From NCBI RefSeq assembly GCF_009914755.1, contig NC_060925.1: 64,000 nt of DNA. The stretch is one strand, 5' to 3'. The stretch comes from the human T2T-CHM13v2.0 reference genome, Homo sapiens. The translations under genes and the position numbers were made by a program. Under the pieces are notes generated by a model. The model had not been told where the DNA came from. It ran no database searches and saw only the letters and a program-made list of their open reading frames with translations. Positions 39,990 to 53,773 of the stretch are shown one piece after another. The number at the start of each line of letters is the position of its first letter. The first letter of the stretch is position 1.

Positions 39990-40475
39990 AAGATGGCAGA
40001 AGTGGAGCAGAAAAAGCAGCAAAGCAGAAGAAGCAGACCTTCTGCAAGTTCACCTCCTGTGGCGTGCACCCCGACCCACTGCTGGACTTGTCATGCGAGC
40101 AGCGAATGAAGCTGCACCGTGGCCTGTGGCAGAAGCAGCACTCGCTGCTGAAGCGCCTGCGCAAGGGCAAGAAGTGGGCACTGCCTATGCAGAAGCTGGA
40201 GGTGGTGAACGCGCACCTGCAGGATATGATCATCCTGCCCGAGATGGGAGACAAGACGGTGGGTAGCATGGTGGGCGTCTACAATGGCAAGGCCTTCAAC
40301 CAAGTGGAGGGCAAGCCCGAGAGGATTGGCCATTACCTCGATCACCTACAAGCTCGTGAAGCACTGCCCGGCCAGGCATCAGAGCCACCCACTCTTCCTG
40401 CTTCACCACCCTCAAGGATTCTGCTCAGCCAGTAAAGGCACACACACTTCTTAAATAAATAAATAAATAACAAAA
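39990..40475 (+). pseudogene. RPS15P3: RPS15 (uS19) processed pseudogene
   Basis: Intronless. ATG at 39993: [50 protein letters not shown]. Frameshifting and in-frame indels, poly(A) signal decayed to AGTAAA, (TAAA)n tail. The P-number is recalled from locus order, not derived from sequence. Confidence 0.93.
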
Positions 40476-42649
40476 TGTCTTTTCTCATGGAAATGTGAAT
40501 GATTGCAATATTTTGTGGAGCTAAGGGTTTTAATTAGTCAGATTCGTTCTATTTATGAAACCAAGAAACTTGGTTTCTATCTACAAACCAAGAGTGGCAA
40601 ACCAAGATTGGTTCTTTAATGAAGGCATAAAACAAACACCTAATCAATATAGTGATATCTTTTATTTATCTAGGCAAGATGGTACAATACTCTGCAGGGC
40701 CCCTTCAGCACATAAACAAGTCCTATAGCCCATCTTCTCTGTTTATTCTCATAAAAGCTGGAAATAGTTATTTCAGAGTTGTAGATTAAATCTCAGCTGA
40801 ACCAGTACTATGCCTACAACATGGTACAGCACTCTGCAGGGCCCCTTTAGCATGTCAACAAATCCTATAGCCCACCTGGGTTCTGTTGAGATTTAATCTA
40901 TAACTCTGAAAAAAGCTGGAAATAATGATTTCCAGCTTTTATTCTCAAAAATAAAGCTTGGATCTCTACCAGTCTTCTGAGGATGCTAATAGACTACCCA
41001 GGAAGGAAGAAGGAAATTGTGAGGGTATTTAAAGAAAGTTGTTAGGGGAAATGAAGTTGCTGTTATTTTGGTTAAGGAAGGTTACAATACATTTAATACT
41101 ACAAAGCATTGCATACAGATTCAACTCATAAGGACTTTATTAAATGATTCTTTTATTCAATAAACATTTGTTGGAGTGCCTACTATGTATCAGGCACCTT
41201 TCTATCGCACTAGGAGTACTGTAATGAATAAAGTAATAAATGTCCTTGTTCATAAGCCTTATACTTAATGAAGAAAAATGAAAGGACAGCTTCATTAATG
41301 TGTGGCAGGTGCTTTTCGTACGAAGTATGACTGTTATGTAGACTATATTTATTAATTTTTAAGGCTCCTATATTAGCATGTCCTGCAGAGAAAGAAGGCT
41401 GAGCCCCCATTGAATGCTATTAATTTGCAGAAGCCTTTAGGTGCAATTTTCAAGTTAAATTTCAGGGGTACCGCTGACTGAATGTTTGCATACCTAGCGC
41501 TCTCCTTACCAGAAGAGCTATTTTCTCATGGCTACCACAGCATCTACTTCCCTATAGGAGAATAAATAAGCCCCAGGCCATTTGAAAAATGGACCACAGA
41601 AAAATTTCCTACAAAGGGCCCTCTGGATGGGCTAGGCCACTCAACCCATTTTCTAGTTATCACGTGGCAGATCTAGGACTTACCCCAACCCAAGGCTGGT
41701 GATGTGACTCTTAAACATTTTGCCTCTCCTGGAATAGCACAGTTATGGTAAGGAAGGCTGGCCAATGAGTTACAAGTATAGACTGGGTTGATTCCAGGTC
41801 ATTCATTGATGAGAGGGCAGAGCCAGGACTAGCTACATGTCTCTAGGTTTCCAGTTCAGTGCTTGCCACTATGATAACCATCTTGTCTCTTTGAACGCAA
41901 AAGTTGAGAACCCTAGCAACATGAAGATGTTAAAATGTAATCTGTTTTGCTATCCAATCAAGATCGATGGACCGAGAATGGTTGTGATGTCCTAGCAGAG
42001 TGCTCAGTAGACCCAATAAGTGAAGTAGTTGTGGAAAGGCATTGGTGTGAAAGCTGTGGGTGTTATCAAGACCCAGAGCTGCAGTGGTCTAGCGCCTCAG
42101 CCAGAGCAGAGAATTTCCTTTATTGAGACTTAGCTGAGACCTGCACTACACGAAGACCTGGAGGTCACCATGCAGGCACACAGGCACAGGGATGGAAGCT
42201 TTCCTCTTTTCCTTCACTCGTTCTCCCTGATCCTTTGTTAAGCTCTAGCCACACACCAAACACTATGCTGGGGCAATGGGGGTACAAACATCAAGAATCT
42301 TGTGTTTTGATAAGCCATCAAATTGGATTATGTTGCCAAGGTGATGGCTCTGAGGAGTGAAGGTGGAGAGAAGCAAAGCTAGGCTGACCTCACTCACTTT
42401 GCCTGGCTCTTTGGGGGCGTTGCTGGTACAGAGAGCTGCCAGCCTTAGTAAAACCGAAAGCAAAGATGACCAAGCCGTTCAGCCTTTCAAAAATAGTTCC
42501 TACACTTTTCTGGTGAGAAAAAGAGTTCCTTAGTCAGGAATTATGATCCTATTAGTTCCTAGTTGTAAAGCATAGTTGTTAAAAGAAAGAGAACTAACAT
42601 TTACTAAGGACTTACTATGTTAGAGGTACCATAGAAATATCAGGAAATT

Positions 42650-43140
<491 letters not shown>

Positions 43141-43149
43141 TTGACTACT

Positions 43150-43294
43150 TTCCCTCCCTCCCTCCCTTCCTTCCTTTCTTCCTTCCTTCCTCTTTCTCTT
43201 TTTCTTTCTTTCCTTTCTCCCCTTCCCTTCCCTTCCTTTCTTTCTCTTTCTTTCTCTCTCTCTTTCTTTCTTTCTTTATTTCTTTCTTTCTTTC
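43150..43294. repeat. CT-rich low-complexity/(TTTC)n tract
   Basis: Directly visible. Confidence 0.9.
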
Positions 43295-43516
43295 AGGCAG
43301 AGATTGGTAGGTCTCTCTGGACTTTCAGCTGTGTCTTTACAACTCATGGAGTCTTCTAAGGCTGTATGTCAGTTTTCACTCTTTGGGCCATGACCTGGGA
43401 ACTCTCTCAAGGCAGGAACTTGTCTCAATCATAGGGCTCATCTCACTTGTTTCCCTTCTCTCAGGGATTATTGTTTTTTATTGCCTGATGTCCAATGTCT
43501 TGAAAACCATTGTTTC

Positions 43517-43825
43517 AGGCTGGACGTGGTGGCTCACGCCTGTGATCCCAGCAATTTGGGAGGCTGAGGCAGGCAGATCACTTGAGATCAGGAGTTCGAG
43601 ACCAGCCTGGCCAACATGGTGAAACACTGTCTCTACTAAAAATACAAAAATTAGCCAGATGTGGTGGCACTTGTCTGTAATCCCAGCTACTTGGGAGGCT
43701 GAGACAGAGAATCACTTGAACCTGGGAGGCAGAGGTTGCAGTGAGCAGTGATGGCACCACTGCACTCCAGCCTGGGCTACAGAATGAGACTCTGTCTCAG
43801 GAAAAAAAAAAAAAAAAAAAAAAAG
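43517..43825 (+). mobile_element. AluS
   Basis: Dimer with TSD aaaccattgtttca. Confidence 0.95.
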
Positions 43826-46821
43826 AAACCATTGTTTCATGTATTTTGTCTTGTATCAACTGGGAAAGAAAATGTGGACTCTACTACTCCATCTTTCTTG
43901 TAGCAGAAATCACAGCATGTATTTTAATCCTATAGTAACCTCATTTTACAATAAGTATTTTTTATCACTATTTTTTACATGAGATACTATAGCTCAGACA
44001 GGTTTAGTTCTAAAGTAACTGAAGGTAAAAGCAGAGTTTAAATCAAGGCGTTTTTCTTTCTGAGGTCTGAGTTCTTTTCACTGTACTAGGTTCATGGGGT
44101 CATCTGAAAGGCACTCAGGCTGGGTTTTAGGCCAGTCTCTGACTTCAAAGATCTGTATGATCTTAGTTAAGTCATGTAAATTTTCTATGCCACAGAACCC
44201 AAGAGAACTTTGAGTTGCTCTGCCCCAGGGCTACTCTTTAGGCCATGGCTGTCTTTTCTTCCTCTTTTTACAGGCCCCATAATTTCAGCCTGGTTTCCCG
44301 TTCTCTTTCAGAAGATAACCCTATTCTATAAAGTTGTTCTCCTTTAAAACTTCTTTTTCCCCCAAGTGCTTAGTGCAGTGCCGGGCATGCAAAAAGGTTC
44401 TCAATAAGTGACAGGTGAACGAATAAATAAATGAGTGCATACATAATTGGCTATAGAGTAAGTCAGGTGCAGTCTCCTTCCTTGCCTTCTCCCAACGACC
44501 ACAGAAGGAGTTCTCAGGCCTCTGCAATCCCTGCATGCCAGTGAAATCCCATTAGCATCAGTGGTCCGTTGTCTGGCCCCACTAGCTCAACCAGGATCTC
44601 TAGCTTTGTTGAGACTCCCTCCCCTATGCCCTAACAGTATTTCTGAGTTTATAAGAATTCACAAAGGAAGAACTACCAAGTACATTGAACTGTTGGGGGG
44701 AACAAGGCACTAATTATAGCTATGTGAATTGAAGGCAGTACTTTCTTTGTTCTTTTCCTCAAGTCAGAAACCTAAGTCTGAAATTCAGATTGTACTTGTT
44801 TTGGACTGTAAATGTTAGCAAGAAAGCCATGAAATTAATAAAAGGACACTTTTCTTTCTAAGACATTTCTGGCATAAATAGCTCCTGCTGACCAGGTGAT
44901 GAGATGATTCAAAGCCTCTGTTTCTGGCATGCCCAGTCATTGCAAAGAAAGCTGAGCACATTCTTCCTAGGAGGTCCTTTGTAGCCCAGTGGGCTATGGA
45001 ACAAAGGGGAGGGACCAGATTGAAAAGTTCTGTCCCAATCCCACACACGTGTCTGTATCTTACAAGCATGGTTGCATCTCCATCCGTTGCTTGATTCCAC
45101 AAAATGGTAAGTCTTAGAGGCTGCCCTTTAGGAAATCCAGGACCCTTCGGAATTCAGTTCAGTTTACCCCCTATTTATGAAGCATTTGCCATGCACTCAG
45201 CTTGGTGCTCTTATAGAAGTGGTCTTTGGCTTCCTGTTGGGTGGAGGTCCCACTCCTTAACTCCTCAGTCTGAGGCCAGAACACTCAGAGCTAATACATG
45301 GGGGCCTAGAAGGGTCAGCTTTGGAGGGAGATTGATAACCCTGATAGCTTAAGAGCCCCTGTTAGTTTTAGAAGTGCCAAAAAGGTTATCTAGCCTGTCC
45401 AACTAACACCTACCTAGGTCTTGAAGATGCTATGGTGGTTATTTAATAGAATGTGATTAGGTAAATCCAGTGAAATGTATAAGTACTTTAATTTGTATTT
45501 TTATTTTATTAAAATTCACATGTAAAAGTGGGTGTTTAATGTTTTAGTTATATCTGTATGTTTATCATTTAATCGTTATTATAGTTATTTGAAAGAGATG
45601 CTAGCATTTTCTCCATTTACCTCAGATAAGGCAAGGGAAAGTCAAGGGAGGACTTACCAAATACACTAGAAATGAAAACTTAATTACAAATTTGGCCTGC
45701 TGATTCTAGTTCCAGTGCTCTTCTCACTATACCCCTTTCTCTCAATAGGCTCTTTATGGACCAATAACATTTGTTTTAGCTCTTGGATTTACCTGTCAGT
45801 AGTAAGCAACAAGGTAGCAGAAAAAGCACCAACTTTAGCATCAGATAAAGCTTACTTTGAATTCTGGATTTATCACTTAAAAGACTTGTGACTTTGGGCA
45901 AACTACTTAACCTCTCTGACCTTCAATTTCTTTACCTATTAAGTGAGGACTCCTGGGTTGTTGCTTTGGGGATTCTGAGTGATTATGAGTAAATGTGCCT
46001 GGTACACTAAATACACTGGGGGATCTATGAGTAGCCATAAGGTCCTCATTTCTTTCATGATGCATCCTCTCATTTTAGCTGAAGCTTTTCCTTCATAAAA
46101 TCTCTTTATTATTTCAGACCTCATGAATCTACCTTTTCTCTGAACTACTTCAGCATCTATGGTCTCTTCTGTCCAATTTAAAGTTAATTATGTATTATTT
46201 TATATTCTTAGTCTCAGTCCCTGACTAGATTGGAAGCTTTTGGGGGGCCATTAGACAAGGTCTTAGATCACAATATATTCTATGGTGTTGAATACATTCT
46301 AGGTATACAATAAATATTTGATGGAGTGAGATGGCTTAGATTCTTTTGGAGGTAATTCTAGTGGTCATGGACATAGACAGCAGAAGCCAGGTTATTCCAG
46401 TGCCATTGGCTTGTACCAGCATGTCTAGCTCCTATCACAGAGAGAGTGAGAGGATGGAAGGCAGCCTTCCCTATGTCCCAGCACACCTGTATCTAGAATG
46501 ACAGGAAATGTTGGTAATGTATCTCTTCCCCAGTTGCTCAACATATAGTGACTCATGTGCTAAGTCAAGGTGGCAGAGACCAAATCACGAATTTCAGAGC
46601 ATCAGAAATGGAGTCTCAGATTCATTCTAACTCCCTTTGGGTCCTTGGGCGGGTGTTGTCAGCTCTCTGAATCTGTTTTCTCATCTTCAAAATGGGAATA
46701 ATATTCCTTCACAATGCTATTGTAAAGTTAAAATGAGATGTATTAAGTGGGAGTGTTTAATAAATGATCGTGTATTGTAAAATGTTTTCAAAAATTATTT
46801 TTATTAAGAAAGATTTGGGGA

Positions 46822-46990
46822 GCCAGGAGTGGTGGTGCATGCCTATAGTCCCAGCTGTTTGAGCGGCTGAGGTGAGATGATCTCTTGAGCCCCGGAATAT
46901 GAGGCTGTAGTGTGTGCCATGATCATGTCTGTGAATAGTTACTACCCTCCAGTCTGGGCAACAAAATGAGACCCCGTCTCTTAAAAAAAA
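46822..46990 (+). mobile_element. FAM (fossil Alu monomer)
   Basis: Monomer retaining the 7SL-like ctgtgaatag..act segment; A tail. Confidence 0.75.
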
Positions 46991-47231
46991 TAAGAAGAAG
47001 GATTGAAGGATTTAGGATTTATGTGCTTGTTACTACTATTTGAAAAAGGCAAAGAGTAAAGGGAAGGAAATGAAAAGAGAGCTAACTTGGGGGCATCCAA
47101 ATTGTGCTGGTTTGTCATCAAGAAAGGTGGATGAGACTATTTCTGGGAAGGAAACCTGGGAATTACTAGCAAGTCTATGAGCCAGGTGCAAAGAAGGAGC
47201 CCAGTTAGAAAAAGGGTTTCCTTTTCCATAG

Positions 47232-47587
<356 letters not shown>

Positions 47588-48048
47588 TAGGAATTATCTT
47601 GAAGGTCAGGGCTAGGGAAAGAGCCTGCAAAAGGAGAAGAACCTGTGCCAAACTCATGGGCTAAGTAGAATGATGTTGACAATGATAGGCTGATACTTAC
47701 CAAGCACTATATGTACCAGACATTGTGGTAAGTGTTTTACAGGCTGTATCTCATTTAATCTGCACAACAACATTTGAGGTGGTGATATTGCTATTCCTGC
47801 TTCACTGATGAGGAAACAGGAGCTTAGAGAAGTTAAGTCATCATAAGATCAGATCTTGTCCTGCCTAGCTGGAGATCTTAGCTTTCAATCACTTGAACCT
47901 TGTGAACTTACATCTCCACTTAGTTTGTCTCCTCCATTTACTTTGGAGTAAAAACTACTTATGCATATGAGCACACCAGAGGATGCAGTGATTGTGCTCT
48001 TGGAAGAGAAAGAGTGGGAAGGGCCGTAATCCCAGAGAGAAACTTGTT

Positions 48049-48053
<5 letters not shown>

Positions 48054-48083
<30 letters not shown>
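48054..48083. repeat. (CA)n
   Basis: Directly visible. Confidence 0.9.
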
Positions 48084-48087
<4 letters not shown>

Positions 48088-50658
48088 ACATGCATGTGCA
48101 TCATTTTCCTTGATTCCCTGTGTTGTAGTGGAAAATTTACCAAGCAGTGATGGAAACTCAGATTGGCAGAGACCAGGAAAAGAGTGGTGAATTTTGGTTT
48201 GGGGTCTTCCCTCCAGGAACCCCATTTCTTCTCAGTGGTGTGTGGGTCCAGATCACAAGCTGTTCTCTAAAGCACATTCACTTCTTCCTGATCAGAGCTT
48301 ATTTCCAGAGCTCTGCAGGGCCTCTTATACATCCTGACCAGCTCCTGGGATGTGACCCTAATATATCACTCTTCATATTGCTTATTAACTGAACATGACA
48401 GTGCAGTTGAATGGAATGGGCCTGGGAGAAAAAAAAGAGGTGTTTTTTTTTTTTTAAGTGGTTAGAAGAATCATTTAATCTCAGTATAAAAAAAAGATTT
48501 CTCCATTTATTCCTTGAATCTTTTCTTGAGTCACCTCTTTATGACAACTGTACCGGGTACAGAGATGAATAAATAACAGCCCCCGGTCCTAAGACGCCAG
48601 TGTAAAAATGTAAATATGATACATTGTGATTTTTACTAGAATAGAAATTCCAACAATTAAAGCCTCTCACAAGTAGAAGAGATTTCAGAGTAAAGTTGTA
48701 AGCTTTCCCATCCTAGGAGTTTCGAGCAGATGCTGGATGATCTCTTGGTCATGATAGAGTATACTGGATCCTAGCATTAGATGGGGATATGGACTACATG
48801 ACTTGAAAAGATTCTCTTCCTGGGATGCTTAGACTGTATTAGTTTCTGTAGTAGCTACAATGCAGTGGTAGTTTTGGGGTTAAGACAGAAGTAATGTGGC
48901 AGATATTCCTGGTTGCATCCACTAAATTCAATCTCTGCTTCTTAATTAGGAGAAATCCAATTTTGTCCCAACTATGCCCAGCTTAAAGTACACAGCTTGT
49001 ACACAGCTTGCGGCTATAGGTGGGTTTGTGGCACAATTCTGGCCAATGAGATTCAAGATCGAGTTACCAGGTGGGGCTCCTGGGAAAGCTTATTAAATGG
49101 GGCTGAGTAAGGGCCTTTTTAGCTTTTATCTTTTGTCTTTTGTCCTTTCTCCCATTTTTATTTTCTTGTAGGAATAGAGCTGTGATGCCTGGAGGTAGAA
49201 ATATCTATTTTGTGATAAAAACTACTTACTAAAGATGGCAGGACAGAAAGAGAGAAAAAACCTGTGTACCTGGTGTCATTATAGAACCTCTTTACCAGCC
49301 TGGATTCCATACACGGGGACTTTTTGTTACAGAAAAAATAAACCACTATCTAGTTAAATCATTGTAACTGAATTTCTGTTCCCTTGCAGCTAAATACACT
49401 CTTAACTGACATATATACATAATATAGTGGAAAACATTAGAAACCTGGATTCAAATTCCTTTTTCATTATTTGTTATCTATGAGACATTAGGCAACCTAC
49501 ATGGATCTCACTGAATTTCAGTCTCCAAATATGTAATTGTTATTAATAATACCTATCTTGCAGGGTTACTAGGTGGATTACATGAGATAATCTGGAGTGA
49601 AATGGTCTAGCACAGTCCCTGGTACACAGAAGAACCTCAACAGATTAAAAAAACTGTGTAGTTGGACATGTCCCTAAATGAGGCCCTTGAGACCATTAAA
49701 ATAGATGCTGATTTTATTGAGGGGCAGCCTTGCTCTTGGGATGCACATTGATACATACTTGGGATGATCTGTTGTTGGGTGGAAAGATAATATTAAAAAT
49801 TCTATTTAGATTTATCTTCATTTTATCTTTTAAATATTTTAATTCTGAGGATGTTCTATGTATAGGTACAGAAACAGAGTATAATTTATGAATAAAAAAT
49901 TAAATATATGGGATGTATAATAAAAAAAAGCTTTGGAGACCACTTTAAGCATTGTTTACATTATTATCACTTGGGTTGCTTGTTGGAAAAAAAAAACTTC
50001 CAGGCCCCCCTGAATCAGTGGCTCTATGATGGGACCTTGAAAACTTAAAAACCTGCTGAGATGATTCTTACGTTAACCCAAGTTTTAGAATCAATTATTA
50101 GAGGAATTTCTTTTTCTATTCCTAAGAGTCATGGTGCTAATTTTTATAGAATTATGAGCCCTTAATATTTAGATTCTTTCCTAGCTGCATGTAGTAGCAT
50201 AACACTGATAAACTCATGATTAGTATTCAAGGTTATTAAGCCTGAACCTCAAATACATCTGATTGACTCTAGACCTGCCAAAAGTAAAATTAGAAAGTAG
50301 GTAAGATTTATCTTTTTGATCTTTGTTTCCTTGTTTCAGGGTCACCAGATCCTCCTCCTCCTGCAGGCTCACCATGGCTTCAAAAGAATTCAGTGTTCTG
50401 CAAGACTCTTCAGTCCTACTACTGCTCTCTATTGAGATTGGATCATGTGCCCATAATCCAAGAGATTTCCTTCAAATCTGTGTACCAGGTAAAACCACCC
50501 CTGTGGTAATAATGAACTACTGAGGGAGACAGTCTGGGTAATGAATGAAAAGAGCCTGGTTTGGGAATTATTCATATAACAAACACCTAAAAATACATAC
50601 GGAAGCCTTTTTATGTGACAGGCACCATCTTAGGCACTGTGAATCTAAAATTAGAAGT

Positions 50659-51088
<430 letters not shown>

Positions 51089-52342
51089 AAAAATAAAATA
51101 AAATAAAATTAGAAGTAAATTACTGTTGTTCTTAGTTTGAAAGAATGTGAAGATTAATGTGGAGAAACACACAAAAACCATTCATGACCACAAAGTGACT
51201 GCTTTCATATCGGTATGAACAAAAACACAGGCAAAGACTGTGCCACTCTGCTTAGGGGAGACGTGGGTGGCTTCCAGAAAATATACTGCATGAGCTGAAG
51301 GATGGGGAGTTTGCCAAGGGTGAGAAGAGTGGTTTAGGCAGAGGACTTGGCTGGGCAAAGACCCAAAACAGAAGACATCTGGAGGATTCTAGAAACTTGA
51401 AGTGGTTTGGTTTTTCTGAAGCATTAGGTTTGTGGTGGGAATGTCAGGAAATGTGAGTAGGGCTCAACTATGCCATGCAAAGGAGTTAGGTTTCATACTC
51501 TTAGCAACTGGGAGCCTTGGAAGGATTTTGAGGCAGAGAGATACCATCAGATTTATGTGTTATAAAGATCACTCCAGCAGCAGAATGGAGGCTACATTGG
51601 AGGCAACATCAGTCTAGAGGAGAAAGACCAGTCAGAAATCTAGGTCTTGACCAGGTGAGAGACAATGATGGGGTGGAGAGGAGGGAATGGATTTGAAAGA
51701 TAATAACAGGCTCAGATCAATAGGACTTGGTGATTGACCTCATGTGAGCTGAGAAGGACTCAGGTTTCTGGCTCTAGTGATTAGGTGAATGGTAGGGCCA
51801 TTTCTCTGAAATAGGATTCTGGAGGAGGGGGCACCACCTCCCTCTGCTGACCCCAGTTCTGCCACTCACTAGCTGTCTGCACCTGACACGTTACTTGACG
51901 TTTCTAAGTCTCATTTCTCTTCATCTATAAAATGAAGTTGTGACCTTAGCTGTAATGGTATGTAGGGGGCACTCCATCCATGAAGACTACCAACAATAAC
52001 AATCCAAGAAAATCATTATTTTGAACGTTAAAATATGTATTTTACTTTCTCCAAGTAATACAATGCTTTAGCGTAGTAAAAAACGCATATGCCTTCAGAA
52101 AGTCTTGAATTATGTACATATATATAGTCGTATTGACTTGTATTTGCATAAAGAAGCAGTGGAAAGACATACAAAGGACTATTTCATAATAGTTACTTAA
52201 GGGATGGGGACAGGTGCATGGGCTGGGGAGGATGGGGAGGACGAAGACAGGCACAGTAACAAGGTTTTTCAGTAGGTTCTCTTTCACATTGTTTTAATTT
52301 TTGAGCCATGGTTGTATCACCTATTTAAAAATATGAAAATAA

Positions 52343-52455
52343 GGTTGATGGGTGCAGCAAACCACCATGGCACATGTATACCTACTTATCAAACCTGCAC
52401 GTTCAGCACAAGTATCCCAGAACTTAAAGTAAAATTATTAAATAAATAAAATAAA
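52343..52455 (+). mobile_element. Short 5'-truncated L1PA 3' end
   Basis: gggtgcagcaaaccaccatggcacatgtatacc...cccagaacttaaagtaaaa. Confidence 0.88.
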
Positions 52456-52994
52456 ACATATAAAAATTAAAACATAAAATTTGGGGTGACTTTAATGGTG
52501 TGAATTTCAGGCAAGTGTTCAATGGTTCTCACCAAAAGGCCTGGGGTTCTTTTACCCCCATTTTTTTTTGCTTAACCCGTGTACTTTCCGGAGTTTTCTT
52601 CCCAACTTTTTCTCTTGGCTAACTCCCACTTCACCTCAGGTCTTGGCTCAAATATCACTTTCTTCCCGTATCCTCACTTTCTCTGCTATCCTGTGTGCTT
52701 TAGATTCTCCTCTCCTGTTTTCTCACGGGGTGTTATGAGAACTGCTGCTGTGATTTTTCTCACATTGGGCTGTAATTATTGATTAACTTGTCCTTCTACC
52801 CATTTGACTATGAACGCTTTGCCTCTATTCATAGCTTATAATAAATGTTCAAGAAATTTTTATTGAATGAATCCTGCCATGTAGGTGTAGGGACCTTATA
52901 CCATGGAATTCTGGAGACAGCTTCGATTTCAAGCATTTGTTCCTTTGTTTCCTTAAGCACTAATCAGGCCAATGTACTGATTCTTCCTTTTCTC

Positions 52995-53208
52995 CCTACT
53001 CCCTTCCCTTCCCTCCCCTCCCCTCCCCTCTCCTCCCCTCCCCTCCCCTCCTGTTCCCTTCCCTTCCCTTCCCTTCCCTTCCCTTCCCTTCCCTTCCCTT
53101 CCCTTCCCTTCCCTTCCCTTCCCTTCCCTTCCCTTCCCCTCCCCTCCTCCCTCCCTCCTTCCCTCCTTCCCTTCTTTTTTTTCTTTCTTTTTCCTTTCTT
53201 CCTTTTTC
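52995..53208. repeat. Polypyrimidine tract with pure (CCCTT)16 at 53056-53135
   Basis: Directly visible. Confidence 0.95.
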
Positions 53209-53735
53209 TAAAATACACATAAATGTGCTCATCTATTCTGGTCTTAATTGTAGTTGCTGAGTAAGAAGTAGAAATCTTTCAGCTCTGATGTTGACACAAA
53301 CAAAGGCAAAAAATTATTTTTATATAATCCCAGGGCTGAAGGGAAACCAGGGGACTTAAAAGAAATTTAGAAGCTGTGTCTCTTCTATACGTAGACTGTG
53401 AGCTCTTTCAAAGCAGAGATGGCATCTTTTCCACCTTTGTGCCTCTGGTATATTGCACATGGCCTGTTACCTAGTATGTGCTCAATAAATGAGTGCTAAA
53501 CTTAATTACAAAAATTAACATGGCATATTTTGCCTTCTCTTGAGAATTTTTGTCTGAAGTTGAAGAACTCTGTATTTTGAAAATTAAATCTATACAGAAG
53601 TAGGAAAATGGTAAAAATTATGGAATCGAGGGATAGATAGACCTGGATTCAAATTCATATTCTTTTTTCATCATTAACTGTAACTGCATGGCCATAGCTA
53701 AACCACTTAACTCATCTGAGCCTGTCCTCATTTGT

Positions 53736-53738
<3 letters not shown>

Positions 53739-53771
<33 letters not shown>
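53739..53771. repeat. (CA)n inside a MIR
   Basis: Directly visible. Confidence 0.9.

Positions 53772-53773
<2 letters not shown>

Noticed and set aside
40679-40947. CRISPR-like or attenuator reading of the repeat/hairpin patch
   Set aside because: Eukaryotic DNA; only two repeat copies, no regular spacers, no cas genes.
52845-53232. GREGK/PFPSL repeat ORFs
   Set aside because: Translation of the (CCCTT)n microsatellite.
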